Shown in pieces: positions 30,111 to 43,969 of a stretch of DNA of 64,000 nucleotides (position 1 is the first letter of the stretch; each line of letters opens with the position of its first letter). The stretch lies in NCBI GenBank assembly GCA_951406725.2, contig OX597825.1, forward strand, positions 682,001-746,000. Reading direction: 5' to 3'. This stretch comes from Octopus vulgaris (Eukaryota). The translations under genes were made by a program, and so were the position numbers. The notes below the pieces were generated by a model, which searched no databases, was not told where the DNA came from, and was given only the letters and a program-made list of their open reading frames with translations.

Positions 30111-31912
30111 CCATCATCGCAACAGACATCCACTACAAAAAAACCGACCCACACCAATATTTAAATTTCTACTCCTGCCACCCATCCCACATAAAAAGAA
30201 ACATCCCATACAGTATGACAAGACACATATGCAGCATAATAACCAACTCACAAGCACGCCAAATAAGACTCGATGAACTTAAAAACTTCCCACTAGAACA
30301 GAAATACCCACTCAAACTAATAGAAAACAGAATCTTAAGAGCAATGAAACTGGACATTGCACAACTCAGAACCCCCAAAATGTAAAACAAAGAAAATGTT
30401 ATCCCTTTCATAAACACACACAACCCTGGAGTTACCAACATGTTTCAAATCATACATTCAAACCTACCAATAGCCTTACAAAGCCCCAAAATGGGAAACA
30501 TATTAAACAAATATTGCATAAAAAACAGTAAACGAAAAGACAAAAACCTAAAGAAACAACTAACAAGAGCGAAATTCTCATCAAAAACTAAAACTGAATT
30601 CTTTGTAAAAGAGTGCGGAGATGGTAGAAGTGGGATCTGCAGTAACCCCACCTACAAAAACATAGAGGGAGACAAACAAATGAACTTTAAGAGTGGTCAC
30701 ATATTCAAAGTAAATGCAGACATGAACTGGAAGATGCAGAACATAATATACTGCATAACCTGCCCCATATGCAAGGAGAATTATATAGGTGAAACTGGAA
30801 ATTCTTTATGCCAACGAGTCACAATTCACCGACAACATGTCCAACAGGAGGAACTGTGAAAGATTACACTGAGTAAACATCTAGATACATGTGGAGAAGG
30901 AAAATTTAAGATCTTTCCCTTCTACAAATGTCCAAAGAAATATGGAAAAATACTTCATAACAAAGTTCTCTTCAAAATTGAATAGCTGAAAATATTTCTA
31001 TAATAATTTGTACTAGATGAAGGACCAATATTGTAAAGTAAATTGTATTAAACACACACAGTACTACACATATGTACATATACATAAATAAAAACAATAT
31101 TTCATCCAGATTCTCCATCGACACCCCTTTCAGATACACAGGCACCCACACACACGCACACACTCTCTCTCTCACAAAACAACAATAAAAAGAAATCCAG
31201 AGAATTTTTTGAGAAGTGACATTTTGCCCCACTTGAAGTGGCCAACTGGGTTTGCCATTTCTAAAAACCAAGAATCATTAACAATTGAATGACTGACCAT
31301 CTGCAAAAATGTAACACATTTTTTTCTTCTTTCTCTCCTTCTTCCTTTTATTTCCTTTTCCATTTGACACCCTTTTCAGATACACAGACACCCACATACA
31401 TGCACGCACATACATACACTCTCTCACAAGACAATGATAAAAAGAAATCCAGGCAATTTTTTGAAAAGTGACATTTCGCTCTGCCTTGGAGTGACCAGCT
31501 GGGTTTGCCATTCCTCAAAGTGAGGAATCATTTACTATTGAAAGACTGACCAGCTGCAAAGATATCAACAAATTTTTTCTTCTTTCTCTCCTTCTTCCTT
31601 TTCTTCTCTTTTTCTTTAACACTACTTTCAGATACAAACACACACACACACACACATATGCTCTCTCATTTTCTCCCCATTCATCTCCCTCTTGTACTAT
31701 CTTACATCTCTCCCCACCACTACACACTCAATAATACTATAAAAAGAGTCAAAATTCCTGCAAAAATGTAGTTCAATTTGAAAGCTCCACTAGAATGGAT
31801 GAAAGCACTAATATATGATATATGATATATGATGTATAAAAACATGTAATATATAAATAAATATCTGTAAATATAAAACGATCAGAATTTCTGAGTACCT
31901 CATTTCTTCTAA
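30111..31912 (+). mobile_element. Penelope-like element 3' half: RT thumb region, GIY-YIG endonuclease (pseudogene to ~30985) and 3' region
   Basis: TDIHYKKTDPHQYLNFYSCHPSHIKRNIPYS; NIIYCITCPICKENYIGETGNSLCQRVTIHRQH. The 3' boundary is inferred from the next TA tract. Confidence 0.85.
31120..31660. repeat. Diverged ~245 bp tandem repeat (two copies plus the start of a third) downstream of the PLE ORF
   Basis: tttcagataca recurs at ~31128, ~31375 and ~31626; aaaagaaatccag, gggtttgccatt and gactgacca each occur twice. Confidence 0.8.
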
Positions 31913-31918
31913 CATACA

Positions 31919-31975
<57 letters not shown>

Positions 31976-32099
31976 ATATATGTATATACATATAAAAACA
32001 TACATGTATATATATGCACATATATATATACATACATATATATATACACATATGTATATACATACACACATATACATATGTATACATATATACATCTAT

Positions 32100-32170
<71 letters not shown>

Positions 32171-32176
32171 CATATA

Positions 32177-32669
32177 TCATCATCATCATCATCATCGTTT
32201 AACGTCCGCTTTCCGCGCTAGCACGGGTTGGACGGTTTGACCGGGTCTGGGAAGCCAGGGGCCGCTCCAGGCTCCAGTCTGAATCTGGCAGAGTTTCTAC
32301 GGCTGGATGCCCTTCCTAACGCCAACCACTCCGTGAGTGGATTGGGTGCTTTTTACGTGCCACCTGCACAGGGGCCGGAGGGTCCGGCATCGTCACAATC
32401 GGTTCGAGCATTTTAACGTGTCAGCGGCACGGGGGCAACGAGGTCCGGGGTACTTTGGGGATCGGGGTATTTTGGGGATCCAGGGTACTTTGGGGATCCG
32501 GGGTACTTTGGGGATCCGGGGTACTTAGAATGGGTAGGGGGTATGTGGAATTGCTGCAGAAAGCAGCCCGGGTCTTTGTAGTCACAGCATATCTCCAGAG
32601 ATCTCGGTCCTTCGCCATTGCCTCAGTGAGGCCCAATGCTCTGAGGTCATGCTTGACCACCTCATCCCA
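32177..32669 (-). mobile_element. RTE-clade LINE 3' end: last RT codons, 3' UTR and (ATG)n tail
   Basis: [29 protein letters not shown] is a typical RTE ORF C-terminus. Tail ...gcggaaagcggacgttaaac(gat)n. Confidence 0.9.
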
Positions 32670-32866
32670 TACATATATATATACATATACACATACATAT
32701 ATATATACACACACACACACATATACACATATATACACATATATATATATATACATACATATACATACATATATATATATATATACATACATGTATATAT
32801 ACATACATATACATACATACACATATATATACATACATATATATATATACATACATATATATATAC

Positions 32867-32899
<33 letters not shown>

Positions 32900-33144
32900 G
32901 ATATGTATACATACACATATATATACATACATATACACACACATATATATATATACACACACACACATATATACACATATATAAATACATACATATATAT
33001 ACATATATATATACATACATATACATACATATATATATATATACATATACATATATATATACATACATATACATATATATATACATATATATATATACAT
33101 ATACATATATATACATATATATATACATACATATATATATATAC

Positions 33145-33185
<41 letters not shown>

Positions 33186-33199
33186 TATATACATATATA

Positions 33200-33607
33200 G
33201 GCGCAGGAGTGGCTGTGTGGTAAGTAGCTTGCTAACCAACCACATGGTTCCGGGTTCAGTCCCACTGCGTGGCATCTTGGGCAAGTGTCTTCTGCTATAG
33301 CCCCGGGCTGACCAATGCCTTGTGAGTGGATTTGGTAGACGGAAACTGAAAGAAGCCTGTCGTATATATGTATATATATGTATGTGTGTGTGTTTGTGTG
33401 TCTGTGTTTGTTCCCCTAGCATTGCTTGACAACCGATGCTGGTGTGTTTACGTCCCCGTCACTTAGTGGTTCGGCAAAAAGAGACCGATAGAATAAGTAC
33501 TGGGCTTACAAAAAGAATGAGTCCCGGGGTCGATTTGCTCGACTAAAATGCGGTGCTCCAGCATGGCCGCAGTCAAAATGACTGAAACAAGTAAAAAGAA
33601 AAAGAAT
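33200..33607 (+). mobile_element. Full-length young tRNA-derived SINE with a CR1/L2-type 3' tail
   Basis: A box tggctgtgtgg, B box gggttcagtccc, internal (TG)n, and end gcggtgctccagcatggccgcagtcaaaatgactgaaac shared with the LINE ends. Confidence 0.9.
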
Positions 33608-33661
33608 ATATATATACATATATATATACATATATATACATATATATATATATATACATAT

Positions 33662-34130
33662 ACAAAATGAGAAAATAGAAATATATCTATCAATCATCAA
33701 CTATCAGATAATACAATAACTTTATTAAACAATACACAATAGCAATGATATTATACATTAATATAGATATAACAAGACATAGAAATAGAAATAGAAATAC
33801 ATTTACATTGTATACTGTTTCGGCCGTGAAGACAGGTATGTCAACCTATTAATATAAAGTAGGTATAAATGAGACACAATATCTCACGGCCTCTACAGAG
33901 ATTTTAATGCAAGTATGAGTACAAATAAAAATTTACATATAAATATAAATATGTGTGCATACACACTCATATTCACAGATCAATATACATCAACAAACAC
34001 AATAATGTTCCATATTGAACTCACAGCTCCTCAACCAACATCAAGAAACCACAACAGACACACTCACACTCAAAGCAGGCATATATATTAAACAGTCCAA
34101 TATATTAAAATGTGTCATTTCACAAAAAGT
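33662..34130 (-). mobile_element. Penelope-like terminal fragment with a degenerate hammerhead motif
   Basis: Its start (acaaaatgagaaaatagaaat..tcaactatcagataatac) is homologous to the 43341 palindrome arm. Minus strand: CTGTAGA-ggccgtga..tcacggcc-GAAAC. Confidence 0.6.
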
Positions 34131-34258
34131 CAATAAAAGTCAATAAAATTAATATCACCACGACGGTACCATCCAATGCAAGCGGACATCCGCATATATA
34201 CGCAATCAGTCGAATTCCTCTGCCCGCATGGTATTAATTTTCACAGATATATATATAC

Positions 34259-34291
<33 letters not shown>

Positions 34292-34293
34292 CA

Positions 34294-34327
<34 letters not shown>

Positions 34328-36069
34328 CATATACTTATATATATACATATTTATACATGTATATACATATATATATGCATATGTATATATATAGGTATGT
34401 ATGCATATATATTTTTTTCTTGTATATTCCAATGGATCACCCTTAACACTGCACATTTTCCCAGCAGCTTCTAAAGGCTTCCTTGTTTGTAGCAACTTAA
34501 ATGCCCCACACCACACTCATCTGGCTTTTGAAAATTACACTAACCCAAGTATTTTAGAGAAACTCGAATGTTTGCCTGTTGGTACAGCCAACCTCAGTTA
34601 TTTGCAGTTTCATTTTGTCAGTTACCCAAACCACCAACTGAGGGAGCCTCTACATGATCACTCAACTTGCTTGAAATAATAATTAATTCTTCCTCAAATT
34701 TCACTCATTAGATACTGTAGTTCTAGATATGCTCTTGAAAGTTGAGATGGTCAAGGTTGGAATTCCATGGATTTATAGGTCTGACTGACCCCGAAGTTAA
34801 TCAACAACAACTCAATTTTCAATTTGCTTTACAATGGAGAATTGTTTGGAGATGTTATGAGGTCATTATTATCAAATGCGAACAACAAACAGGGAATTTT
34901 ATTGGGCAGTACATAATTAAGCCGGCTTCCATCAGCATTCTGGACCGTCTCTGGAGAAATCAGAACATCCAGAAGGAATCAAGACATAAAACAAAAATGG
35001 AGAAACACCATAAAACACACCAATTACAGCTGTTCAATGTCATTGACTATTGTTTCAAGTAGAGACCCTCAATTAATATGATCTTACATCATTATCTTCA
35101 AGGTATCAGTAATGGGTATAATGACGATGATGATGATGAGAAAGCAATCTAGATTATGTTGATATGTCTTGATGTGTTCTGATAGAAATTCATCCAAAGC
35201 TATAAGCTCCTTTGTATTTGTTGAAAGGCTTCCTCTATTATACATCTGTTTTATAGCATGTGGTATTCTGTGTCTTAGATAATTGGAAATATTTATGGTC
35301 TAGTTGTTGTTATTGCTGCTGTCAACATTGTTGCTATGTGGCCCTGGTCACATTCAGTGGAGTTAACGAGCAAGCACAATACACAGTCATTCAACCTGCA
35401 AGAATTAACAACCAAATCTCCTATAAAATACTCCCTACGGTCTTAAATATTTATGCTCTGACTGCTGTCCTTGCAATCTATAGATACTGTTGTGTTTACA
35501 TAAAAAGATATAGATTCTGTCTGAGCATGGCTTATTTTGCCTGATCAATATTTATTTCACTTGATCAATTCTAATTTTGTCTAATCAATGTTTATTTTGC
35601 CTGATCAATATATATTTTGTTTGATGAATATTTATTCACAGCTCTGTTTCTTTGATATCTTTGGTTAATTTGTTGAGGAAGTATTTAAGATCAGATATGA
35701 TAGCATCATAGTAACTAGAATAATATTTTCAGTAAGGTGTCAAATGTCAAAGGCAAAAATCCTAAGCGATGAAACCAAACTTGCTCTGAAACTATTTAAA
35801 GATGGAGAGAGAAAGAAAAGAAACATTGAAAACTTTATAAAAATTAAGAAGAAATGTTACAAAGGAAGAAAAGGTAGGAATGTAAGAGTTGGAGATGAGT
35901 TGGGTGAGTGTATTTAGTTTAAATCTATGGTCAATTAAAGGTCCATATTTAGGGGGTAAAATTACTGCTTAATGTCCAATGGAGATGAAAGACTGGCAAA
36001 AATTTGAATGTCTCAGATAGAAGCAAACTCTAGAAATATTTAGAAAAACTAGTTGAGAAGATATATTTT

Positions 36070-36345
36070 ATAAGCCTGGCACTTATTCTATCAGTTCCTT
36101 TTGCTGAGCTGCTAAGTTAGAGGGAATTAAACACACCAGCACCAGTTGTTAAGGTGGGGGAACAAACACACACACACACACACACAATGGGCTTCTTTCA
36201 ATTTCCATCTACAAAATCCAGTCACATTGATTAGCCTGAGGCTGCAGTAGAAAGACACTTGCCCAAGGTGACATGCAGTGGGATTGAACCTGGAACCATG
36301 AGGTTGGGAAGCAAGCTTCTTACCACACAGCCACTCCTGCACCTA
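36070..36345 (-). mobile_element. Older tRNA-derived SINE (33200 family)
   Basis: Reverse complement of ggtgcaggagtggctgtgtggtaagaagcttgcttcccaac...ttgggcaagtgtc. Confidence 0.8.
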
Positions 36346-36881
36346 TATACTTAAAAAAAGGTGAAATAACTGACAAATGGAAAACGTTGCAAGAAAAAGA
36401 GAAATTTTGGAAAAAGTTTGTAGAAAAGAACTTATTCAAAAAATTGTTGGCTAACATTAAGGGAGGATATTTTAGGAAACTCAAAGAAGCTCTGGTGATC
36501 CATTAAAAATCTAGAGAAGTTTTAAAGCCAGTATTAGAGTGGTAAAAAACATGTTTATGGGAAAAAATAGTTAAATTAGAAGTGAAAAAAAAATTAATTA
36601 TGTTATAGGCCAATTTGATTCACATATTCACAACAAGAACAAGTATTTGAAAATGTCATACTTAGAACAAATCTGGAAGTGTACATGTTTTCAGAAAGAG
36701 AAATAAATTGCTACAGACTTTGGGGATAGAAAAGTTTTTGTGGAAGAAGACAATAAGAAAGAAATAAACGAGAAATAATTAAGTGAATTGAGGAATACAA
36801 GAGCAAAAGTAGAAACAGTTTTAATAGATGCAGCACAGAACCAAGAAAGAAAGCAGCGAAACTCAGACAAGCAAATGTATG

Positions 36882-36924
<43 letters not shown>

Positions 36925-37399
36925 CATCTGTCTGCTTGCCTGCATGTGTATGTGTCTATATACATACACATATATGTATGTATATGATCCACTGATCTGG
37001 AATAACAGTACCTACCAGGGTCCCACATATGGGTTAATTAGCATGTAAATAGAGGTCAGCTGTGAACAAGTAGCCCTCCGCCAACCCATAAGTGGTTCCT
37101 TGGCTAGGCGTAGCACCCAGTAACCTCCCGAGTCAAGGCTATGTGGAAATCATGGGATGCAGTATGAATAATGTGAACTGTTTCGGCTGATGAACTTCCA
37201 GTTGGTGGTCAGTGGATGAACCGTCAGCAAATTGTTAATGGTGAGTACCAGTCAAGACTAGTTTAGTCCATGAACCACTGTTTATTATCTGTGGTATGCT
37301 CAGGTGAGACATTCAGCTAGTGAAAGGCCAATATGGCTTATTTACCCGGGTAAGTTGCCCAATTGGATGGTGACAATGATTGAAAATTTGTGATGTGAC

Positions 37400-38210
37400 A
37401 AAGAGCACTTCCTTGCAAAAAGTGAAGAACTTCTTAAACATGCTGCAATGGAACCAGGACTTATTTGAACAGAAGAAAGCATAACCAAAGCAAGGTAATT
37501 TCTGAAAGGAAGAAAATGCCTGAGGAAATGTAATTACATGGATGATTCCTCAGAGACACCAAAAATATGACGAATTATGACTCTAAAGTGAGGTCTGAGA
37601 AGAGGAACTGTGTATGGCTGGCCAAAATCAAGCACAGAGAGCAAGGCTATTTATTGCACCACTTTAACAAACAAATGCCACTTGTGTAACTAATGAGTGG
37701 AGAATATTGAACAAGTAGCAGGCTTCAAAATGTTAAGTGATATCATGTTAAGGTATGTCTTAGGGTTACACTGGTCATTTTGTGAAAAACATCAAACAAA
37801 TGTACAAACATGTACTAGAAAAAAACCTTAAATGAATCTAGTAAATCAAAACTTCCATGGGAGTTTGACATCCTTACAGACAGCAGAATTAAGCATTGAT
37901 GTATATTATACAAAACATAAATGGAGAATGCTTTGTGTTAGGCATTAGAATTCCTTCAGACAAAAAACTTTACAGTTATGGAAGTAGAAAAGATCTCAGA
38001 AATATATACTGATTGAAAAGTAGAGATATCAACGAATTTGGGATTGTCCAGCAGCAAATGTGAAAATGGTACCATTTATCTTTGGAGCATTGAGATCAGT
38101 CCCACCCCAAACTATAATATACTATCTGGAATGGTTAAACATCAAAGTAGACATGCAAGTGCTCCCAAAATCTTGCCTCCTTGAAACAGTGCACATTCTT
38201 AGAAAAAAAG
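37400..38210 (+). mobile_element. Degraded restriction-like-endonuclease (R4/NeSL-type) LINE C-terminus
   Basis: Zinc-knuckle remnant CHLCN..VENIEQV, then LHW, WEFDI.TD.RI, IP.D..EVEKI, MVPFIFGAL, LL.T.HIL. Confidence 0.65.
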
Positions 38211-38450
38211 AATAACAAAGAACTAATGAAGAAGATCAGTAAATGCAAATAATAAATAAATAAAAGTGAATAAAATAGAAAACATAAGTGAACCTAGAGT
38301 TAAATCTAGACTGGAAATTAGGAATTAAAATGGTGAAAGTTAATATAAGCATGAGGTTACTCAGTGAAAACTGACAAAAAGCAAAATAGTCAATGGGTTG
38401 TGCAGGTTGTAGAATAATGGTACCAGGGATGTAGAAATAAAAGACTAATA

Positions 38451-38678
38451 CAGTGCTTCTCAACTTTTTCTGTCCCACACCTGACTTTAAATGTAAAAAA
38501 AAAAAAAAAAAAAAATGTGCTCACCATGAATAAATGAATATAGGACAAAGTATATGATATTGATATAAAGTTTTAATTAAAAATTTATTGCAAGTTTTAT
38601 TCTTCTGTTATACACATCCCATTCTGAAGTGACCCCAGCCTTAAAAATTACTGTCATAGCCCACCTTGGGAAACACTG
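38451..38678. mobile_element. hAT (Charlie-like) MITE
   Basis: Terminal inverted repeats cagtgcttctcaa / ttgggaaacactg. Flanks gactaata and gtctagtg resemble a decayed 8 bp TSD. Confidence 0.6.
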
Positions 38679-39229
38679 GTCTAGTGGTTTTGCATTTTAT
38701 GTGTGGTGGCAAGATATTTGAGATAAACTATAAAATGAAAAAAGACATATAATACTGATGAAAATACCTATGGAAACAAATAAGCAATTAGTAAAGCTTG
38801 AGGAATGCAAAAGAGGAGAGATGCAAAAAAAAAAAAAAAAAAGAAGAACAGGTACCTGTAAAATTAAGTAAAGATTAGTAATGTGTAATAATTACAAGTT
38901 ACTTGTAAATAGATCAGATAATTATCTGATTATAATCAGCCTCAGAAGGGTGATTGAAAATGTAATTATAATGAGTGAGAGGACTGAGGAGGAGGAAGAG
39001 ACCTAATTAACGAAGAGGACAGCACAAGTATGAGCTGTGAGTGGAATCTGTATTAAGCAGCTGTAAACAAAGAGAAGAGACGACAGGGCCCCGGGAAGTA
39101 CAAGGGCCCCTGGAAGTACAAGGGTCAGTGTAGTTGCAAAGTATAAAAATACATAATACTTATAATAACTACATCTGATGTTAAGTCAAACTTTTGAAAT
39201 GTCTGAAAGTGCAAAACATTTAATGTATG

Positions 39230-39600
39230 TTAAGTAGATGATTGAGGAGGGAACTTGACAAAAAGTATTTTTGTACTTTCAGTGGTACAGAGGTTACGAT
39301 GTTTATTATTTCTAGAATAAGCATTTGTTATCAGTAAAATGTTCCATACCCTGCATATATTTCTAACTTTCAGATTCCAGATGTGACTGATAGCTCTGTG
39401 ACAATATCTCCAAGTGGACGTGAGAAAGTGCAAGTGTATTGATAGAAGCGTCACTTGAAATGATTAGAAGAGAGTTTGATGTATGTCTTGCCAAACAATA
39501 AATTTGCCTGAACAAGTGTAGGATGGCAGTAATTACTGGAAAAGTTCTCTAACTCCATTTATTAAATCTTCACCTTCTTTATTTGTTCATCATCAATGTG
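39230..39600 (-). mobile_element. Possible Tigger/pogo (DDE_1) transposase relic
   Basis: NILLITNAYS...ILFVKFPPQSST resembles the ILLLLDNA..H and FLPPNTTS motifs. Highly degenerate. Confidence 0.35.
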
Positions 39601-40002
39601 CAATGTCACAAACATCATTTTATTTCAGAGAAACAAAGACAATTCAATATCAACAATTGCAATTATTGGTAGATGGATAAATAATAAGTGGAGCCCAATT
39701 AGAGAGATTAGATAAAGCAAGGAGCTATGTAAAAATGGATCAAATAGAAGAGAATCTAATAGTGTTTCTATGGAAAATTTCAAAGTTTTAGTGATATAAA
39801 ATGTTTCCTAATAGTTTTAATACACACACGTTTACATTATAAAGAAAAAGGAGATTGTCGGAGTTTTGGATGATTATTTATTTATAAATAAATAGTTATC
39901 CAAAATTCTGAAAATCTCCTTTTTCTTAAGATATAAAATCTGTACTCTGCTTCAAACAATCTTTACACACACACATGCATATGTGTATATATATATATAT
40001 AT

Positions 40003-40353
40003 AATAGAAATATGTTTCAAAAAGAAAATAGAACCTACACATGGAAAAGATTTGGGGAAAGTAAGAAAAATAAATGCGAAAATGCACATTGAATATAAAA
40101 AAAAAAATAAAGGCTTTTTTATGAAAAGTAGTGATAAATAAATACAATTAGATGAACTGAGGTAGAATTAAGAGGAATTAAATTGATTATTTTGAATTAT
40201 TAGAGAAATTCAAAGTCAAACCAGAGTCATCATTGCTGTTCAAAACCAGTGAACAACAATGGTGACACCGGCTTCACTTTGAATCTCTTTAACAATTCAA
40301 AATAAGTTTTGATATTCAATGTGCATTTCCGCGGTTTTTCTTCTTACTTTTCC
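40003..40353. repeat. Older fold-back palindrome between TA tracts (inner arms 40187-40242 and 40250-40305; outer arms ~40056-40100 and 40306-40353)
   Basis: ttattttgaatt..ttcaaagt..cattg.tgttca versus its reverse complement; ggaaagtaagaa..aaatgcacattgaatat versus atattcaatgtgcattt..ttcttactttt. Confidence 0.8.
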
Positions 40354-40363
40354 TATATATATA

Positions 40364-40892
40364 TCATCATCATCATCATCATTTAGCGTCCGCTTTCCAT
40401 GCTAGCATGGGTTGGACAGTTCAACTGGGGTCTGTGAAGCCAGGAGGCTGCACCAGGCTCCAGTCTGATCTGGCAGTGTTTCTACGGCTGGATGCCCTTC
40501 CTAACGCCAACCACTCCGTGAGTGTAGTGGGTGCTTTTTACGTGCCACCCGCACAGGTGCCAGACAGAGCTGGCAAACGGCCATGGACGGATGGTGCTTT
40601 TTACATGCCACCGGCACGAGGGCCAGTCGGGGTGGCGCTGGCAACGGCCACGAATGGATGGTGGTGCAGACGAGTCTGGCAGACAGCCACAAACGGATGG
40701 TGCTTTTTATGTGCCACTGGCACGGGGGCCAGGTGAGGCTGGCAATGGCCACGAACGGATGGTGCTTTTTACGTGCCACTGGCATGAGGCCAGTCGGGGC
40801 GGCGCTGGCAACGGCCACATTCGGATTGTTCTCTTACGTGCCACCGGCACTGGTAACTCAGCTGCAATTTCCATTGATCAATTTCGATTCTG
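40364..40892 (-). mobile_element. RTE-type 3' end with about five diverged tandem units and (ATG)n tail
   Basis: Reverse complement of the 19215-type element; ggatggtgctttt.a.gtgccac.ggca repeated. Confidence 0.87.
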
Positions 40893-40914
40893 ATATATAT
40901 ATATATATATATAT

Positions 40915-41484
40915 CAAAACATCTCCAGGATTGAGTCACCCCAGAGGGCTCTCACTAAACAAATTGAAGGCATGGCTGCTCTCGATTATTGGGATCGCCT
41001 TAAAGCCTTGAAACTTTACTCTCTCCAGCATCGCCGTGAGCGGTACATCATTTGTACAATGTGGAGAATATACCGCCAACTTTGCCCAAACGATCTGAAC
41101 ATTAGCTTCAAGGTTCATCCAAGACTGGGACCACGGGCCATACGTCCTCTGCCCAATTCAAGATCACAGCATACATGTACACTGCAACATAATTTCTTTT
41201 CCTCAACAGGCCCTACCCTATTTAACATTGTCCCGAAAGAGATCAAAGAGGAAAAGGATCCCATCAACTTTAAATGGAGTCTGGATGGATTCCTTCAAAG
41301 AATACCAGATAAGCCACCCATAATTGGATACAACTCACTCAACAAAAACTCACTACTTGAATGGACCATAAACAAAACTTGACTTAAACAGGATTCAAAT
41401 AATCCTATCAGGTGGTGCTATTAAGTTAGACATGGCCTGGACCAATCTTTGGTCGAAACATATCTAAGTTTTATCTAAGTTTTA

Positions 41485-41488
<4 letters not shown>
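40915..41488 (+). mobile_element. 5'-truncated CR1/L2-group LINE, copy F (relative of C), tail (TTTTATCTAAG)n
   Basis: LDYWDRLKALKLYSLQHRRERYIICTMW..HPRLGPRAIRP..PDKPP..NSLLEW. The 3' UTR ggtggtgctattaagttagacatggcctgg is identical to copy C. Confidence 0.92.
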
Positions 41489-41539
<51 letters not shown>

Positions 41540-41565
41540 TATATTATATATATATATATATATAT

Positions 41566-42008
41566 TTGTTGAAATAGAAAGATGAATTTTCTTGTTACAG
41601 ATTATTCAAAAGTTTAACCGATACCTGGGTAGCAAAAATCACAGCAGAAAATACTCGGTTGGAGATAAGACCATTTGGTGTTGCAACCGTGCGTTGGTGC
41701 GGATAATTGAAGTTTAATATTATTATTGAAAGGAAGAAATGGAGTTGAATGAAGATTGTACAGAATTCCTTTTATTACATTCTACACATGTTTCAAAGGC
41801 CACAAATTTCCAAATTCTGATTAAATAAGGGTACCATATTGTGGCTTTCTCATCAGGAAAAAAACTGTTTTTTCCTGATGAGAAAGCCACAATATGGTAC
41901 CCTTATTTAATCAGAATTTGGAAATTTGTGGCCTTTGAAACATGTGTAGAATGTAATAAAAGGAATTCTGTACAATCTTCGTTCAACTCCATTTCTTCCT
42001 TTCAATAA

Positions 42009-42016
<8 letters not shown>
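41566..42016. mobile_element. Fold-back palindrome (~150 bp arms 41715-41865 and 41867-42016) with a one-sided extension; PLE-type terminus
   Basis: Arms are near-perfect reverse complements around a single T. Each carries a hammerhead core and an outward AATAAA. Confidence 0.85.
41872..41951 (+). ncRNA. Type I hammerhead ribozyme candidate with minimal stem III; mirror copy on the minus strand at 41780-41859
   Basis: ttc-CTGATGA-gaaagccacaa..ttgtggccttt-GAAAC-atgt-GTA^gaa. Stem I is ttc/gaa; stem III carries palindromic ACATGT. Confidence 0.72.
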
Positions 42017-43174
<1,158 letters not shown>

Positions 43175-43309
43175 TTGTGCATGTATGTCTACACACATGC
43201 ATGTGCATGTATGTGTGTATATATACATACATAGATATGTGTGTGTATATATGTGTGTATATGCATACATAGATATGTGTGTATATATGTGTATATACAT
43301 ACATAGATA

Positions 43310-43340
<31 letters not shown>

Positions 43341-43343
<3 letters not shown>

Positions 43344-43884
43344 CAAAATCAGAAAATGGAGAAATACATCTAATCATTAATCAACTACCAGATAATACCC
43401 AATCACATACTTTATTGAACCACTACATAAGAACATTAAGGTTAAACAAAACAGTGTACATGGATGAGTAATACAATACAATAGGTACAATCATTACAAG
43501 AGGATTATATTTATATTTATATCTATTTATATTTATTTATTTATTTATATCCTCTTGTAATGATTGTACCTATTGTATTGTATTACTCATCCATGTACAC
43601 TTTTTTGTTTAACCTTAATGTTCTTATGTAGTGGTTCAATAAAGTATGTGATTGGGTATTATCTGGTAGTTGATTAATGATTAGATGTATTTCTCCATTT
43701 TCTGATTTTGTATTATTAATTTATGGTAAAAATAATTTTACCTTTGCCCATGTAATACAGTAAATGAATTAATTGCATCACAATTCTTAACATTTATGTA
43801 TTGACTTTGTTGGGTACTTCACTAGCAGTATATTGGATATATGTTATCCCATGGAGGGTTGAATTTGCAACCCCTATCTCAATT

Positions 43885-43886
<2 letters not shown>
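43341..43886. mobile_element. Fold-back palindrome (165 bp arms 43341-43505 and 43549-43713, 43 nt AT spacer) with a one-sided extension; probable PLE terminus
   Basis: Arms are almost perfect reverse complements, and homologous to 33662-33730. Confidence 0.82.
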
Positions 43887-43941
<55 letters not shown>

Positions 43942-43969
43942 ACGCACACACACATACATTATATATATA

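Noticed and set aside
31795-31860. Hammerhead at the end of the 30111 PLE (ggatga..aaaacatgta..aataaa)
   Set aside because: Both core motifs are mismatched and there is no supportable stem II.
33200-33275. tRNA gene (also 36270-36345, 46545-46620, 50920-50990)
   Set aside because: A and B boxes continue into SINE body and LINE-derived tail, with no complete cloverleaf or terminator.
40520-40850. CRISPR-like repeat/spacer look (conserved ggatggtgctttt..gtgccac.ggca with ~35 nt variable parts)
   Set aside because: The spacers are homologous to each other (ctggca..ggccac), the array is part of an RTE 3' end, and the context is eukaryotic with no cas genes.
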